Positions 1-19,428 of a stretch of 64,000 nt of DNA are shown one piece after another. The DNA is from Eledone cirrhosa (Eukaryota), in contig OZ024742.1 of assembly GCA_964016885.1 (NCBI GenBank), positions 342,054,001-342,118,000 on the forward strand, in the 5' to 3' direction. Every line of letters starts with the position of its first letter. Position 1 is the first letter of the stretch. The notes under the pieces were generated by a model, which worked only from the letters and a program-made list of their open reading frames with translations, did not search any database and was not told the origin of the DNA. A program made the position numbers and the translations under genes.

Positions 1-130
1 GGTCTTGGACATTTTAAGAGTTGCTTCTTACAACTCAGATGGAATATAGAGTACCTATACTAAAAACTAGGACACGTAAAGTATTTGGAATATTTTTTTT
101 TTTTAATAAAAAAAAAATAAAAAAAACTTA

Positions 131-244
<114 letters not shown>

Positions 245-639
245 TCATTTAAAATAAAGCAAATATACATAAGGGAAAATTTTACAAACAAAACAAGTCT
301 TATATCAAGTAGAGCTAATCTTGTCTTAAAGTTGAATCAAGAATATTGTTCATCTCTTTAATCTAATCATGCACCAATTTTTTTTCAACCTATTTCTAAT
401 GAAAAACACTGCCTGGGCAGAGGACTGCCAGAACTGTTAAAGAGTTGGGTGGGATGCTTTGCTGTATTGGATCTGGGTCCACACATTCTGACAAGAGATG
501 CAACCAGCAGATAATATCAGCAATGGAAAGTCCTATGGAAACAATGTTTCTTTGATTCGATTGGATCCTTTATGTATTCAGTTCTAATTTGTAGACAATC
601 TATCCAAGATTGCAAATACAAATGGCCCAAAGGAGGTTC

Positions 640-955
640 CTCTGAAGGGTCTTTGGAGTAATGTTACACAATAGAGTGCATAGCTCGGAGATCAAAGTCA
701 CTCCAGGTAGAGCCACTACATCTCCAATACTATAGGCATGTGCTTAGAATGTTTCAGGAAAGAATCACTGGACAGATGTTATGGTCAAAACCAGATAATA
801 GGAGACCCAGGGGTAAACCCCGAGCAAGATAGTTGGATAAAATCTATGAGCTTGGCTGGTCTCGCTTCAATTGGAGACAGTTGTTTCTGACAGGACCTGC
901 TCGAAGGAGTGTCTGATGATTGTCCAAACAACCCTCTCAGGAATAAGAGAAGACG
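640..955 (+). mobile_element. Decayed RTE LINE 3' fragment in a GAPDH intron
   Basis: 801-910 is clearly similar to 54198-54310 (ggagaccc..gagcaagat..atgagcttggctggtc..ttggagac..tctgacaggacc). Confidence 0.7.
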
Positions 956-1271
956 AATCTGCTATCTCATGTATTGTAATTGTTAGTGTTTACAAAGCTA
1001 GTTCAAAGATTTCCACATATATATCACTAACATCCTTCCATGATTGTATAGGTTAGAGAAGGTGTCACATTATGCCAGACAGGTTACTTAAGTCTAGCTA
1101 ATATGATCTGATTTTGGCTTGGTTGTCTATAGCTAGATACCTTTCCTAATGCCAACCACATTACAGCATGTTCTGGTAGCTTTCTGTCATGGTACCAGTA
1201 TGATGTTAGAAATTCTAACCTCTATTGAATGACCTGACTATGTATTGGACCAACTGTCATTGTCACTATTA

Positions 1272-1484
<213 letters not shown>

Positions 1485-2775
1485 CTAAAAACATTTAATA
1501 TCGCTATTTTTCATAGCGATCTTTGCACAAGCAGAGTAAAGAATAAAGTAGTGTGTGTGTGTAATCAGAGTTGATTTCTACCGTTGAAGATTGTCGTGCT
1601 AATGGGGTTTCATGGGATACATTTATCTTCTTCACTTTAGTTATTTCCCTTACCTCTACTTTTAACTCAAAAGAGTTCACTTTACCTTCCTTTTCCGTTT
1701 TTAAACATCTGAAGTGTTATTTGAAATAGATTTGGTTGAATTCTTTTTTTTTTTTCTATTAATAAAACTTATCTTATAAAAAAAAAAATTATTTTAAATC
1801 CCATATTAAGACTAAATAAAACTAGTGTTAGCAACAAAATGCACCCAGTACACCCAGTAAAGTGATTTGTGACAGGAAAGGCATTTAACCATAAAACAAT
1901 TTGCCAAAGTATCAAGAGTACTCTTCAGTTGTGTCCAAAAACATGAGCTAGAGTTGGTGCAACTATAAAATACACCCGGAACACTAAAATGCAGGAACAA
2001 ATGTCAGCAAAATACAGTCCCCAGCCCAACATAGAGGTCAGTAATTCCTAAAAATTACTGACTGTGGCAACACATTCGATATTAAATGATATATTTAACA
2101 ATTCTCAAAATTAATATATCTTGAGGAACCCTGACATTACTCAGACCCATTTTGGAAACAGTGTTGAGACAGCTAAGCCAAGAAAAGCTATAATTGTTTA
2201 GCTTGCTGGATATTGCAGCTAAACCTCCCTCAAATCAGTGTTCAAAAATTTTTTTTAATTAAAAATATGCAGCTATCACAATTGGAATCCTGAAAAGTCT
2301 ACATGGTCAAAGACATGTCAAATTTTAACAAGATTAAAACCCAATAACCGGTTTTTATTTCTAATGATTTCAAGGAAAGGCAGAATCCATGCTCTTTCTC
2401 AGAACTGGTGAGAGGAAGAGATTAATTTATACTTAAACCATCTGAAAGCCTGGACTAAATGCTTGCATCAAAGAGGAAGTCATTTTATATTACCTAATCA
2501 GTGAATGTTTCACTCAAAATCATATACATTCTGTCATTCTAAGGTCTAGGAAGTACAGGTAACTCAATTCAACCCTCATGTCCAAAATTGTACTTGCACT
2601 ACTGCTTGCCTGCATGCAATTTTTAATCAATTTCAATCTCGGAATCCTTCCCCTTACTTTCCTTGATTCGATTGATCAATGGTGTAAATTTTAATGTATT
2701 TTTTCTATGGGCGGTAGGTGCCTATGTTGTGTTAATATTCTTAACTGTATGAAGATTAATGTTTCAAATACTTAC

Positions 2776-2807
2776 CCGTTGATACCAATGCTGGGTGAAG
2801 GAGCCAT
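2776..2807 (-). CDS. GAPDH: GAPDH canonical start exon (MAPSPSIGING); exon begins at 2819 after a TAG acceptor
   Basis: AAAATGG start context, IGING motif, GG|GTAAG phase-2 donor joining T-TTT-GGC of the next exon. Confidence 0.95.
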
Positions 2808-3853
2808 TTTCTTTGAAGACTACAATAAAAAAGAAAACAGAAATTAAACAATTTTAAATATCTATTACATGATAGTCAGAAAATGATAAAACACTGACGA
2901 CCAACACTGGGGTTGTTTTTAGAAAGCTTTTATTTTATGTATTCAGACATCAAAAGAGTAATATCACCATTTCCCCAACAAATATATTCACATATGTTGC
3001 ATTGGTAAATAAATCACATCTCCATTTTATATGCAATATTTACCATCATCATCGATGTCAAATTTTTCATGTTGGCATGGGTTGGACAGGTCGTCACAGA
3101 CCAACGCCATATTCAATCGGAGCTACTGTCCTTTCACTGGCAGGCTAGAAGCCTACATCTGGCATGGCTTCTACAGCTGGATACCTTTACTATCACAAAG
3201 CACTTTACATAGTATAGTGGGTGTGTTTTATAGTTGCAGCAACACAAAAGAGGTTGACATCTGATAACTGAAGAGTCCTCTCAATCGTTTGACATGGTCT
3301 CTCCAGCTGGATACCCTTCCTTGTGCCAACCACTTCATGAGTGTATTGGGTCCTTGTTTTCATGGCAACAGCACTAAAGATTGGCATGTTCATATACCAT
3401 ATATTTTGAAAGAGTTTTGTAGGTTCAATAGCTATGTTGTCTTTCATGTATTTTGTAGAATTATAAATGGTAATAAACAGACATTTTAAAGTTCCTTTTG
3501 GTTTTATACAAAGTAAATAAAAATACCAATATTCAAATGAGCTGGTTTTGTTTTTTATTTTACTACTAAATAGCTTACAATAAGTAAATCTTAATGACTT
3601 GAATAAAGTGGTAAAATATACCAAATGGGTTAGATATGATTATATATATATATATATATATTGTTCTGGTATCTCAAATTAGTACCATCGAACCACAATT
3701 ATTATAAACACCTTGCATATTTCTACAAGTACTTAGTGCCTGTTGAAGTATTGATCCACTTTTATAATTTTTCTCGTAGAGAACAAAACGTTGAATGCTG
3801 CTAATTTTAGTGGCAATATCAACAGGTTAAAATAAACAGCTATTATCTGTGAC

Positions 3854-3940
3854 CTGATTTTGCGTGTGTCGTTTTAGCGGCTTGACCGCATGCGTTGGGC
3901 AGGAAGCAAAATATTTACTTGCTGTAGGGCTGGCAACCTT
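3854..3940 (-). promoter_or_regulatory. Candidate proximal promoter / non-coding first exon of GAPDH
   Basis: CpG-rich patch about 1 kb upstream of the start exon, GCATGCGT motif at 3888-3895, weak CAG|GTCACA donor at 3853. Confidence 0.35.
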
Positions 3941-4112
3941 ATAGTATGGAAATAAGCTGTCTGAAGATCCATTTCTATCCATTGGAAATTCTCTGGATTT
4001 CCAATTTTTGGAATGGTGAAACCGTCGGTAACAGCAATAGAACAGGTGATTATTTAAATCGTTTTTTAATTTATTTAAGGCATTGTTTGATAACCGGTTG
4101 CTCCGCTCTTTT

Positions 4113-7018
<2,906 letters not shown>

Positions 7019-8675
7019 AAACTAGGTGTTGACGAATGGCTTGTGAGAGCTATACAAGCCATGTATAAAGAAACAGTCAGTAAGGTTAGAATTGACAACG
7101 AATATAGTGAAGAGTTTAGCGTAAAAGTTGGTGTCCATCAGGGCTCTGTTCTTAGCCCCCTACTATTTATTATTGCTCTTCAGGCTATAACAGAGGAGTT
7201 CAAGACCGGCTGCCCATGGGAACTCCTATACGCAGATGATCTAACGCTCATAGCTGAATCAATGACCGAACTAGAAGAAATTCCAAACATGGAAGCACGG
7301 CCTAGAATCAAAAGGCCTTAAAATTAACCTGGCTAAGACTAAAGTTCTAGTTTGTAGGAAAGAAAATAAGGCGGCGGTCCCATCTGGGAAATGGCCATGC
7401 TCAGTGTGTGGGAAAGGCGTAGGTAGAAACTCCATTTTATGTCCCAAATGCAAAGTATGGGTGCATAAAAGATGTAGTGGGATCACAGGTAAGCTAACTA
7501 AGAACATAGATTTTACATGTGGCCGGTGCTCTGGTGCAATAAGTAGCAGCAAGTGCCCACAAAATACTAGCTCCTTCAACTGCGCAGAGGGTTCTATAGA
7601 AATAGTGGACAGCTTCCGTTATCTGGGTGACAAAATCAGCAGTGGGGGAGGGTGCTCTGAAAGTACAGTAGCTAGAGTCAGAACTGGATGGAAAAAGTTC
7701 AGAGAGCTTATACCACTATTAGCCGCTAGAGGGTTCTCCCTAAAAATGAAAGGCAGGTTATACGATGCCTGCATACGAACAGCAATGCTGCATGGCAGTG
7801 AGACCTGGGCATTGTGTGCAGAGGATATACGCAGACTAGAGAGGAACGAAGCTTGCATGCTCCGCTGGATGTGCAATAGTAATATACGTGAACGGCAAAG
7901 CATAAACGAACTAAGGAAAAAATTAGAAATAAGAGGGATCAGATGTTGTTTACTCGAGAGAAGGCTACGTTGGTACGGTCACGTGATGCGCATGAAAGAC
8001 GACAGCTGTATAACAAAGTGCAGGGCAATAAAGATAGACGGTAGCCACGGAGTAGGCAGACCCAGAAAAACATGGGACGAGCTGATAAATTCCGACCTCA
8101 CACGCTTACACCTCTCCAAGACAATGTCACTGGACCGAGACCTTTGGCGGTACTCAGTAATAGAGAAGACCCGCCTTACCTAAATACAAAGTAAAAACCT
8201 ACTAGTCAGTAGGCATCTCTATCAAAACACACCCCTGTCCCACCACCTCCACCCCACCCACACCGCCCCTTTCAATGTAAAGTTATGTTGGTCCCACAAC
8301 ATCCAGGCCGAAACAAATGAGATCGTGTAGGTGTCACGACAAAAAACACACAGTCCACGCTGTAAATGTGGCCGTGTAGGCAACACGGTAAAAACCTCCC
8401 AGCCCCACACTGTAAATGTGGTTGGTGTTAGGAAGGGCATCCAGCTGTAGAAAACCCGCCAGACAGTCCACGCTGTAATGTGGCCGTGTAGGCAACACGG
8501 TAAAAACCTCCCAGCCCCACACTGTAAATGTGGTTGGTGTTAGGAAGGGCATCCAACTGTAGAAAACCCGCCAGACAGTCCTATGCGAGCAAGACAACCA
8601 CTCTTGCCTCAAGTGGGAAAACCCCCGTCCAAACCCATGCAAGCGTGGAACACGGACGCTAATCCTGATGATGAT
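7019..8675 (+). mobile_element. 5'-truncated RTE-clade LINE: RT C-terminal half with PHD insert, 3' UTR and (GAT)n tail
   Basis: [31 protein letters not shown] and GRPRKTW motifs. Frameshift near 7278 (2 bp missing relative to the copy at 62.8 kb); stop at 8183; tail GATGATGAT. Confidence 0.95.
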
Positions 8676-8981
8676 AAATATATAAATATATATAAATAAA
8701 TATATCTATATATCTATATATAAATATATATATATATATATAAATATATATATATAAATATATAAATATATATATATAAATATATATATATATAAATATA
8801 TAAATATATAAATATATAAATATATATATAAATATATATATATATAAATATATAAATATATATATAAATATATATATATATAAATATATAAATATATATA
8901 TATAAATATATAAATATATATATATAAATATATAAATATATATATATATATAAATATATATATATAAATATATAAATATAT

Positions 8982-9020
<39 letters not shown>

Positions 9021-9074
9021 AATATATAAATATATATATATATATATAAATATATATATATAAATATATAAATA
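8676..9074. repeat. (TA)nAA microsatellite
   Basis: Direct inspection. Confidence 0.98.
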
Positions 9075-9297
9075 TCATCATCATCATCAACGTTTAACGT
9101 CCGTGTTCCACGCTTGCATGGGTTTGGACGGGGGTAGTCCCACTTGAGGCAAGAGTGATTGTCTTGCTCGCATAGGACTGTCTGGCAGGTTTGCTACGGT
9201 TGGATGCCCTTCCTAACACCAACCACATTACAGCGCGGACTGTGTGTTTTTTTTGTCGTGACACCTACACGATCTCATTTGTTTCGGCCTGGATGTC
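9075..9297 (-). mobile_element. Short 3'-UTR-only copy of the same RTE family
   Basis: Reverse complement of parts of 8300-8675, with a (GAT)n tail. Confidence 0.88.
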
Positions 9298-9305
9298 GCA
9301 GCACC

Positions 9306-11418
<2,113 letters not shown>

Positions 11419-13910
11419 ATGGATGATTTCTTCCTATCCCAACTGGTGCTCGAACCAACGAGGTGCCACAAAAACGTCCTAGACTTAATTTTCAGCAATC
11501 ACACTGACAATATCCACAATATTGCAGTGGAGAAAACTCTACTCTCTGATCATGACATGGTTCTCTGTGATCCGAGATTCCACCGTCCAATATACAAACC
11601 CAATGTCATCTCTCCTGTCCATCCGTTTGACGCTATGGATTTCCACAATGCAAACTGGGAAGCGATCAGTCATGATCTTGCACATGTCGACTGGTCCTTC
11701 ACGCACACTCATACACCCACTAACATCAAAAAGTCCTGGCAGACATTTGTGGACACTGTTACAAACATATGTGCTAAACACACCCCATTAAGAACTATAA
11801 ACAAATCTAAGAGCAGAATCCCTAGAAATAGAAAAACACTCATCAGAAAAATTAAGAGAACGAACAAAAAAATCAACAAGCTGAAATACCGTCAGCAGCA
11901 ACACATCAACTTGACTGCCATTTCATCACTAGAGATTAAAAAACATAACCTCCAAAACAACATAATGTCCCTCATCAACAATCAGAGAAGAGCTGAAGAG
12001 GCCTGGGCCATTGAGAAGATCAAACTCAATCCCAAAGTGTTCTTTTCATTTGCAAAAAAACACAAAATCACTGGCTCTACTGTTGGCCCTCTAATTAATG
12101 AAAATGGCACTCTTCAAGACAATGCTAAAACCATGGGTGAGATACTGCAGAAACAATACTGCTCTGTTTTCAGCAATCCTGATATGGCCGATCTGGGCTG
12201 TATCGGCGATGTTACTCCCCATTACACCTTATCGGACATAAGGTTTGGCGCCCCTGATGTCTTGGCGGCAATAAAGGAAATCAAGCATAATTCAGCAGTA
12301 GGTCCCGATAGGTTCCCTGCTTGTGTCTTGAAGGCGTGTCAACACCAACTTGCATCTCCTCTTGCCAATCTGTGGCGGAACTCACTGGATGCTGGATATG
12401 TGCCAGAAAACCTATCCCAGTCTGTTGTCCCAGTTTTCAAAAAGGGAAACAAATCCCTTGCCGTGAATTACCGTCCAATCTCACTCACCTCTCATATCAT
12501 TAAGGTATTTGAGAGAGTGGTGAGATCGCAAATGACCCACTTCCTTGAGAGTAACAATATGCTGAACTCCAACCAGCATGGATTCCGTAATGGAAGGGAT
12601 TGCCTGATGCAGCTACTGCATCACTTTGATGACATTTTGAGAGCCTTGGGAGAGGGTTCCAACACTGATGTTATCTACCTTGATTTCAGCAAGGCCTTTG
12701 ACAGGGTTGATCATAACATTCTACTGAGAAAGCTGTCCAATATTGGTGTCACTGGAAAGCTGCTGCAGTGGATCAAGAGCTTCCTGTCAAACAGAACCCA
12801 ACATGTTGTAGTTGAGGGAGTCAAATCCAGCCCAGCCAAAGTCAGTAGTGGGGTCCCACAAGGCACTGTGTTGGGCCCACTTCTCTTCATCTATATTAAT
12901 GACATCACTGACATCATCAAACACAGCAACATTAAAATTTTCGCTGATGATTCCAAGCTCCAAAAGGTCATCAATGGCGTGGATGACCGGATAAGCCTTC
13001 AGTCAGACCTACTGGCTGTTACCCAATGGGCGGAAAAGAACATGTTACTGAACGAAGACAAATTCGAACTGATCCACTTTGGAAAAGAGGATGCTCTGAA
13101 ACTCCCGTACTCCCTTCCCTCCGGGGAAACTCTCGTGGCATCTAACAACATCAGAGACTTGGGAGTAACCGTGGACAGCAACATAAGCTGGACCACGCAT
13201 ATAAACAGCAAAGTTGACATGGCCCGCAGAATGTGTTCCTGGATCCTCAGAACCTTCCAGTCGAGAGATTCCCCGCACCATTATCCTTCTCTTCTCTACT
13301 TTTGCCCGAGCACACCTTGAATACTGTTGTCCACTGTGGTCTCCCCACACGAAACAAAGTATCATGAAACTTGAAGCTCCTCAAAGGGCAATCACGAAAA
13401 AGATAGATGGCATGTCAAACCTTGACTACTGGGGTCGATTACAAAACCTGAAACTTTACTCACTCCAACGTCGCCGTGAGCGTTATATTATCTGCATGAT
13501 GTGGAAAATGTTCCATCATCACTGCCCAAATGATGATGGCATCGCCTTCAAGATACACCCAAGGCTTGGGCCCCGTGCTATCCGTCCCATTCAAAAATCT
13601 AAATCGCAACTCATAACAACAATACGGCACAATTATTTCACCTCAATCGGCCCTGCTCTCTTCAACATCACACCAGGACACGTCAAAACAGAAACTGACC
13701 ACACAAAATTCAAGAAGTCTTTGGACAAATTCCTCCAAGTAATCCCGGACAAAACACCCACACCCGGATATGTCTCCGCAAACAGTAATTCTCTTCTCGA
13801 ATGGGCCATGGTGCCCAAATCCTGAATTGAAAGACTTCGCCAGGTGGTGCTATTAAGTTAGACATGGCCTGGGCAAATACTGGCCAAAACATTTCAAAGC
13901 TATTCAAAGT
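11419..13910 (+). mobile_element. 5'-truncated CR1-group LINE ORF2 (end of AP endonuclease plus RT), one frameshift near 13270
   Basis: LDLIF..SDH endonuclease end; NYRPISLT, QHGFR, YLDFSKAFD, SGVPQGTVLGP, FADDSK and DLGV motifs; LEYC..LWSP and LYSLQRRRER in the shifted frame; embedded in AT microsatellite. Confidence 0.95.
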
Positions 13911-13929
13911 TATATATATATATAAATAT

Positions 13930-13962
<33 letters not shown>

Positions 13963-14116
13963 AATATATATAAATATATATAAATATATAAATATATATA
14001 TATAAATATATAAATATATAAATATATATATATAAATATATAAATATATAAATATATATATAAATATATATATATATAAATATATATATATATAAATATA
14101 TAAATATATATATATA

Positions 14117-14184
<68 letters not shown>

Positions 14185-14198
14185 AATATATATATATA

Positions 14199-14232
<34 letters not shown>

Positions 14233-14256
14233 AATATATATATATATAAATATATA

Positions 14257-14290
<34 letters not shown>

Positions 14291-14309
14291 AATATATATA
14301 TATATAAAT

Positions 14310-14342
<33 letters not shown>

Positions 14343-14343
14343 A

Positions 14344-14374
<31 letters not shown>

Positions 14375-14417
14375 AATATATATATAAATATATATATATA
14401 TAAATATATATAAATAT

Positions 14418-14448
<31 letters not shown>

Positions 14449-14620
14449 AATATATATATATATAAATATATATAAATATAAATATATATAAATATATATA
14501 AATATATATATATATAAATATATATATATAAATATATATATATATAAATATATATATATATAAATATATATATATAAATATATATATATATAAATATATA
14601 TATATAAATATATATATATA

Positions 14621-14656
<36 letters not shown>

Positions 14657-14874
14657 AATATATAAATATATATATATAAATATATATATATAAATATATA
14701 TATATAAATATATATATATAAATATATATATATAAATATATATATAAATATATATATATAAATATATATATATAAATATATATATATAAATATATATATA
14801 TATAAATATAAATATACAAATATAAATATATAAATATAAATATATATATATAAATATAAATATATATATATATA
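13911..14874. repeat. (TA)nAA microsatellite
   Basis: Direct inspection. Confidence 0.98.
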
Positions 14875-15207
14875 TCATCATCATCATCATCATTTCATTT
14901 TACGTCCACTTTTCCCTGCTTGCAAGGTTGGGACGGGAACTGATTCTGGCTTGATTTCTACAGCTGGATGCCCTTCCTAACACCAACCTCATTTACAGTG
15001 AGTGCTGGGTGCTTTTTTGCCGTGGCACCTCCACGAGTGATAGGGATCCCAGTCCCTATAATCTCATTTCTACAGCTGAGTAAACTGGAGCAACGTGAAA
15101 TAAAGTGTCTTGCTCAAGGAAACAACACATCACCCGGTCTGAGAATTGAACTCACAACCTTTCGATTGCAAAGCCAATGCTCTAACCACTAAGCCATGTG
15201 CCTCCAT
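14875..15207 (-). mobile_element. tRNA-derived SINE family A with an RTE-derived 3' tail (other copies about 22090-22360, 23042-23328, 25810-25980, 30590-30815)
   Basis: Minus strand has A-box TGGCTTAGTGG, B-box GAGTTCAATTC and a CCTTGAGCAAGACACTT core. The tail matches 63841-63895 and ends in (GAT)n. Confidence 0.9.
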
Positions 15208-15224
15208 ATAAATATATATATATA

Positions 15225-15258
<34 letters not shown>

Positions 15259-15474
15259 AATATATATAAATAAATATATATATATATATATAAATATATA
15301 TAAATAAATATATATATATATATATAAATATATATAAATATAAATATATATAAATATATATAAATATAAATATATATAAATATATATATAAATATATATA
15401 TATAAATATATATATATAAATATATAAATATATATATATAAATATATAAATATATATATATATATATAAATATA

Positions 15475-15508
<34 letters not shown>

Positions 15509-16130
15509 AATATAAATATATATATATAAATATATATATATATAAATATATATATAAATATAAATATAAATATATATAAATATATATATATAAATATATA
15601 TATATAAATATATATATATAAATATATATATATAAATATATATATATAAATATATATATATAAATATATATATATAAATATATATATATAAATATATATA
15701 AATAAATATATATATATAAATAAATATATAAAAATATATATAAATATATATAAATATATATAAATAAATATATAAATATAAATATATATATATAAATATA
15801 TATAAATAAATATATAAATATATATATAAATAAATATATAAATAAATATATAAATATATATATAAATATATATATAAATATATATATATAAATATATATA
15901 AATAAATATAAATAAATATATATATATATATAAATATATATATAAATATATATATATGAATAAATATATAAATATATATATAAATATATATATAAATATA
16001 TATATATATAAATATATATATATATAAATATATAAATATATATATATATATTTATAAATATATAAATATATATATAAATATATAAATATATATATAAATA
16101 TATATATAAATATATATATATAAATATATA
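15208..16130. repeat. (TA)nAA microsatellite
   Basis: Direct inspection. Confidence 0.98.
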
Positions 16131-16483
16131 TTTCGTTTCTGAATTTGTTTAGCAAGATTCTTTATCTGAAATCGTGTGTTGAAACCGATATTGTTATACT
16201 TTGGGAGGGTCATGTTGCCAATAAGAAACACACGCACCAGTTGCTTTCACTTCAATTTAATTTATTATATATTTATAAATTTACAAATTTATAAATTTCT
16301 GGTTGGTTGGTTGGTTCCACAGCCAGATAGTTGTTTATATATATATAGTCAGTTCTTTCGTCACACTGTGACCTCTTCAGTGACTGGGGATTTCTTTCTT
16401 CGTTTCTGTGCCTTTCCTTTCTTCTATCCTACGCCATTTTGGAGGAATTTGTCCAACATGACCCTCCCAAAGTATAACAATAT
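16131..16483 (-). mobile_element. Penelope-like remnant with a 30-bp inverted repeat and a degenerate hammerhead
   Basis: 16188-16217 is the exact reverse complement of 16454-16483. Minus strand 16385-16347 reads AGTCA CTGAAGA GGTCAC AGT GTGAC GAAA GAAC TGACT. Confidence 0.6.
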
Positions 16484-17110
<627 letters not shown>

Positions 17111-17197
17111 TGTAGGAGGTGAGTTTTATTGTAGTACAATAAAGCAATGCAGATATCGGATAAGAAGCACTCTACAGTTTGTGGGACTGGAGTATGC

Positions 17198-17541
17198 ATA
17201 ATATAAGATCAAAAGATGGTTAAAGGAGTTCAATATATTTTATTATGCGCATTTCAAAAACAAACATCATCAAACAATAATATTTGTGTTTTCATCAGAT
17301 AAAACAGGAGAACATGATATGAAGGCTAAAAAAACACTTGTTGATAGTGCAGTTTTAAATCAACATATATGTTGATTTAAAACTGCACTATCAACAAGTG
17401 TTTTTTTTTTTAGCCTTCATATCATGTTCTCCTGTTTTATCTGATGAAAACACAAATATTATTGTTTGATGATGTTTGTTTTTGAAATGCGCATAATAAA
17501 ATATATTGAACTCCTTTAACCATCTTTTGATCTTATATTAT
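17198..17541. mobile_element. Spacer-less ~344-bp palindrome (Penelope-like inverted pLTR)
   Basis: Centre CAACATA|TATGTTG (17367/17368); the arms differ visibly only in the length of an A/T run. Confidence 0.85.
17433..17503 (+). ncRNA. Minimal type I hammerhead ribozyme (mirror copy 17236-17306, minus strand)
   Basis: TGTTTTAT [stem I] CTGATGA AAA-C-ACAAATATTATT-gttt-GATGATGTTTGT-T-TTT [stem II] GAAA TGCGCA TA^ ATAAAATA [stem I']. Confidence 0.82.

Positions 17542-19428
<1,887 letters not shown>

Noticed and set aside
15130-15207. tRNA gene
   Set aside because: The A/B boxes belong to a SINE head continuous with a SINE body and LINE-derived tail; no full cloverleaf evident.
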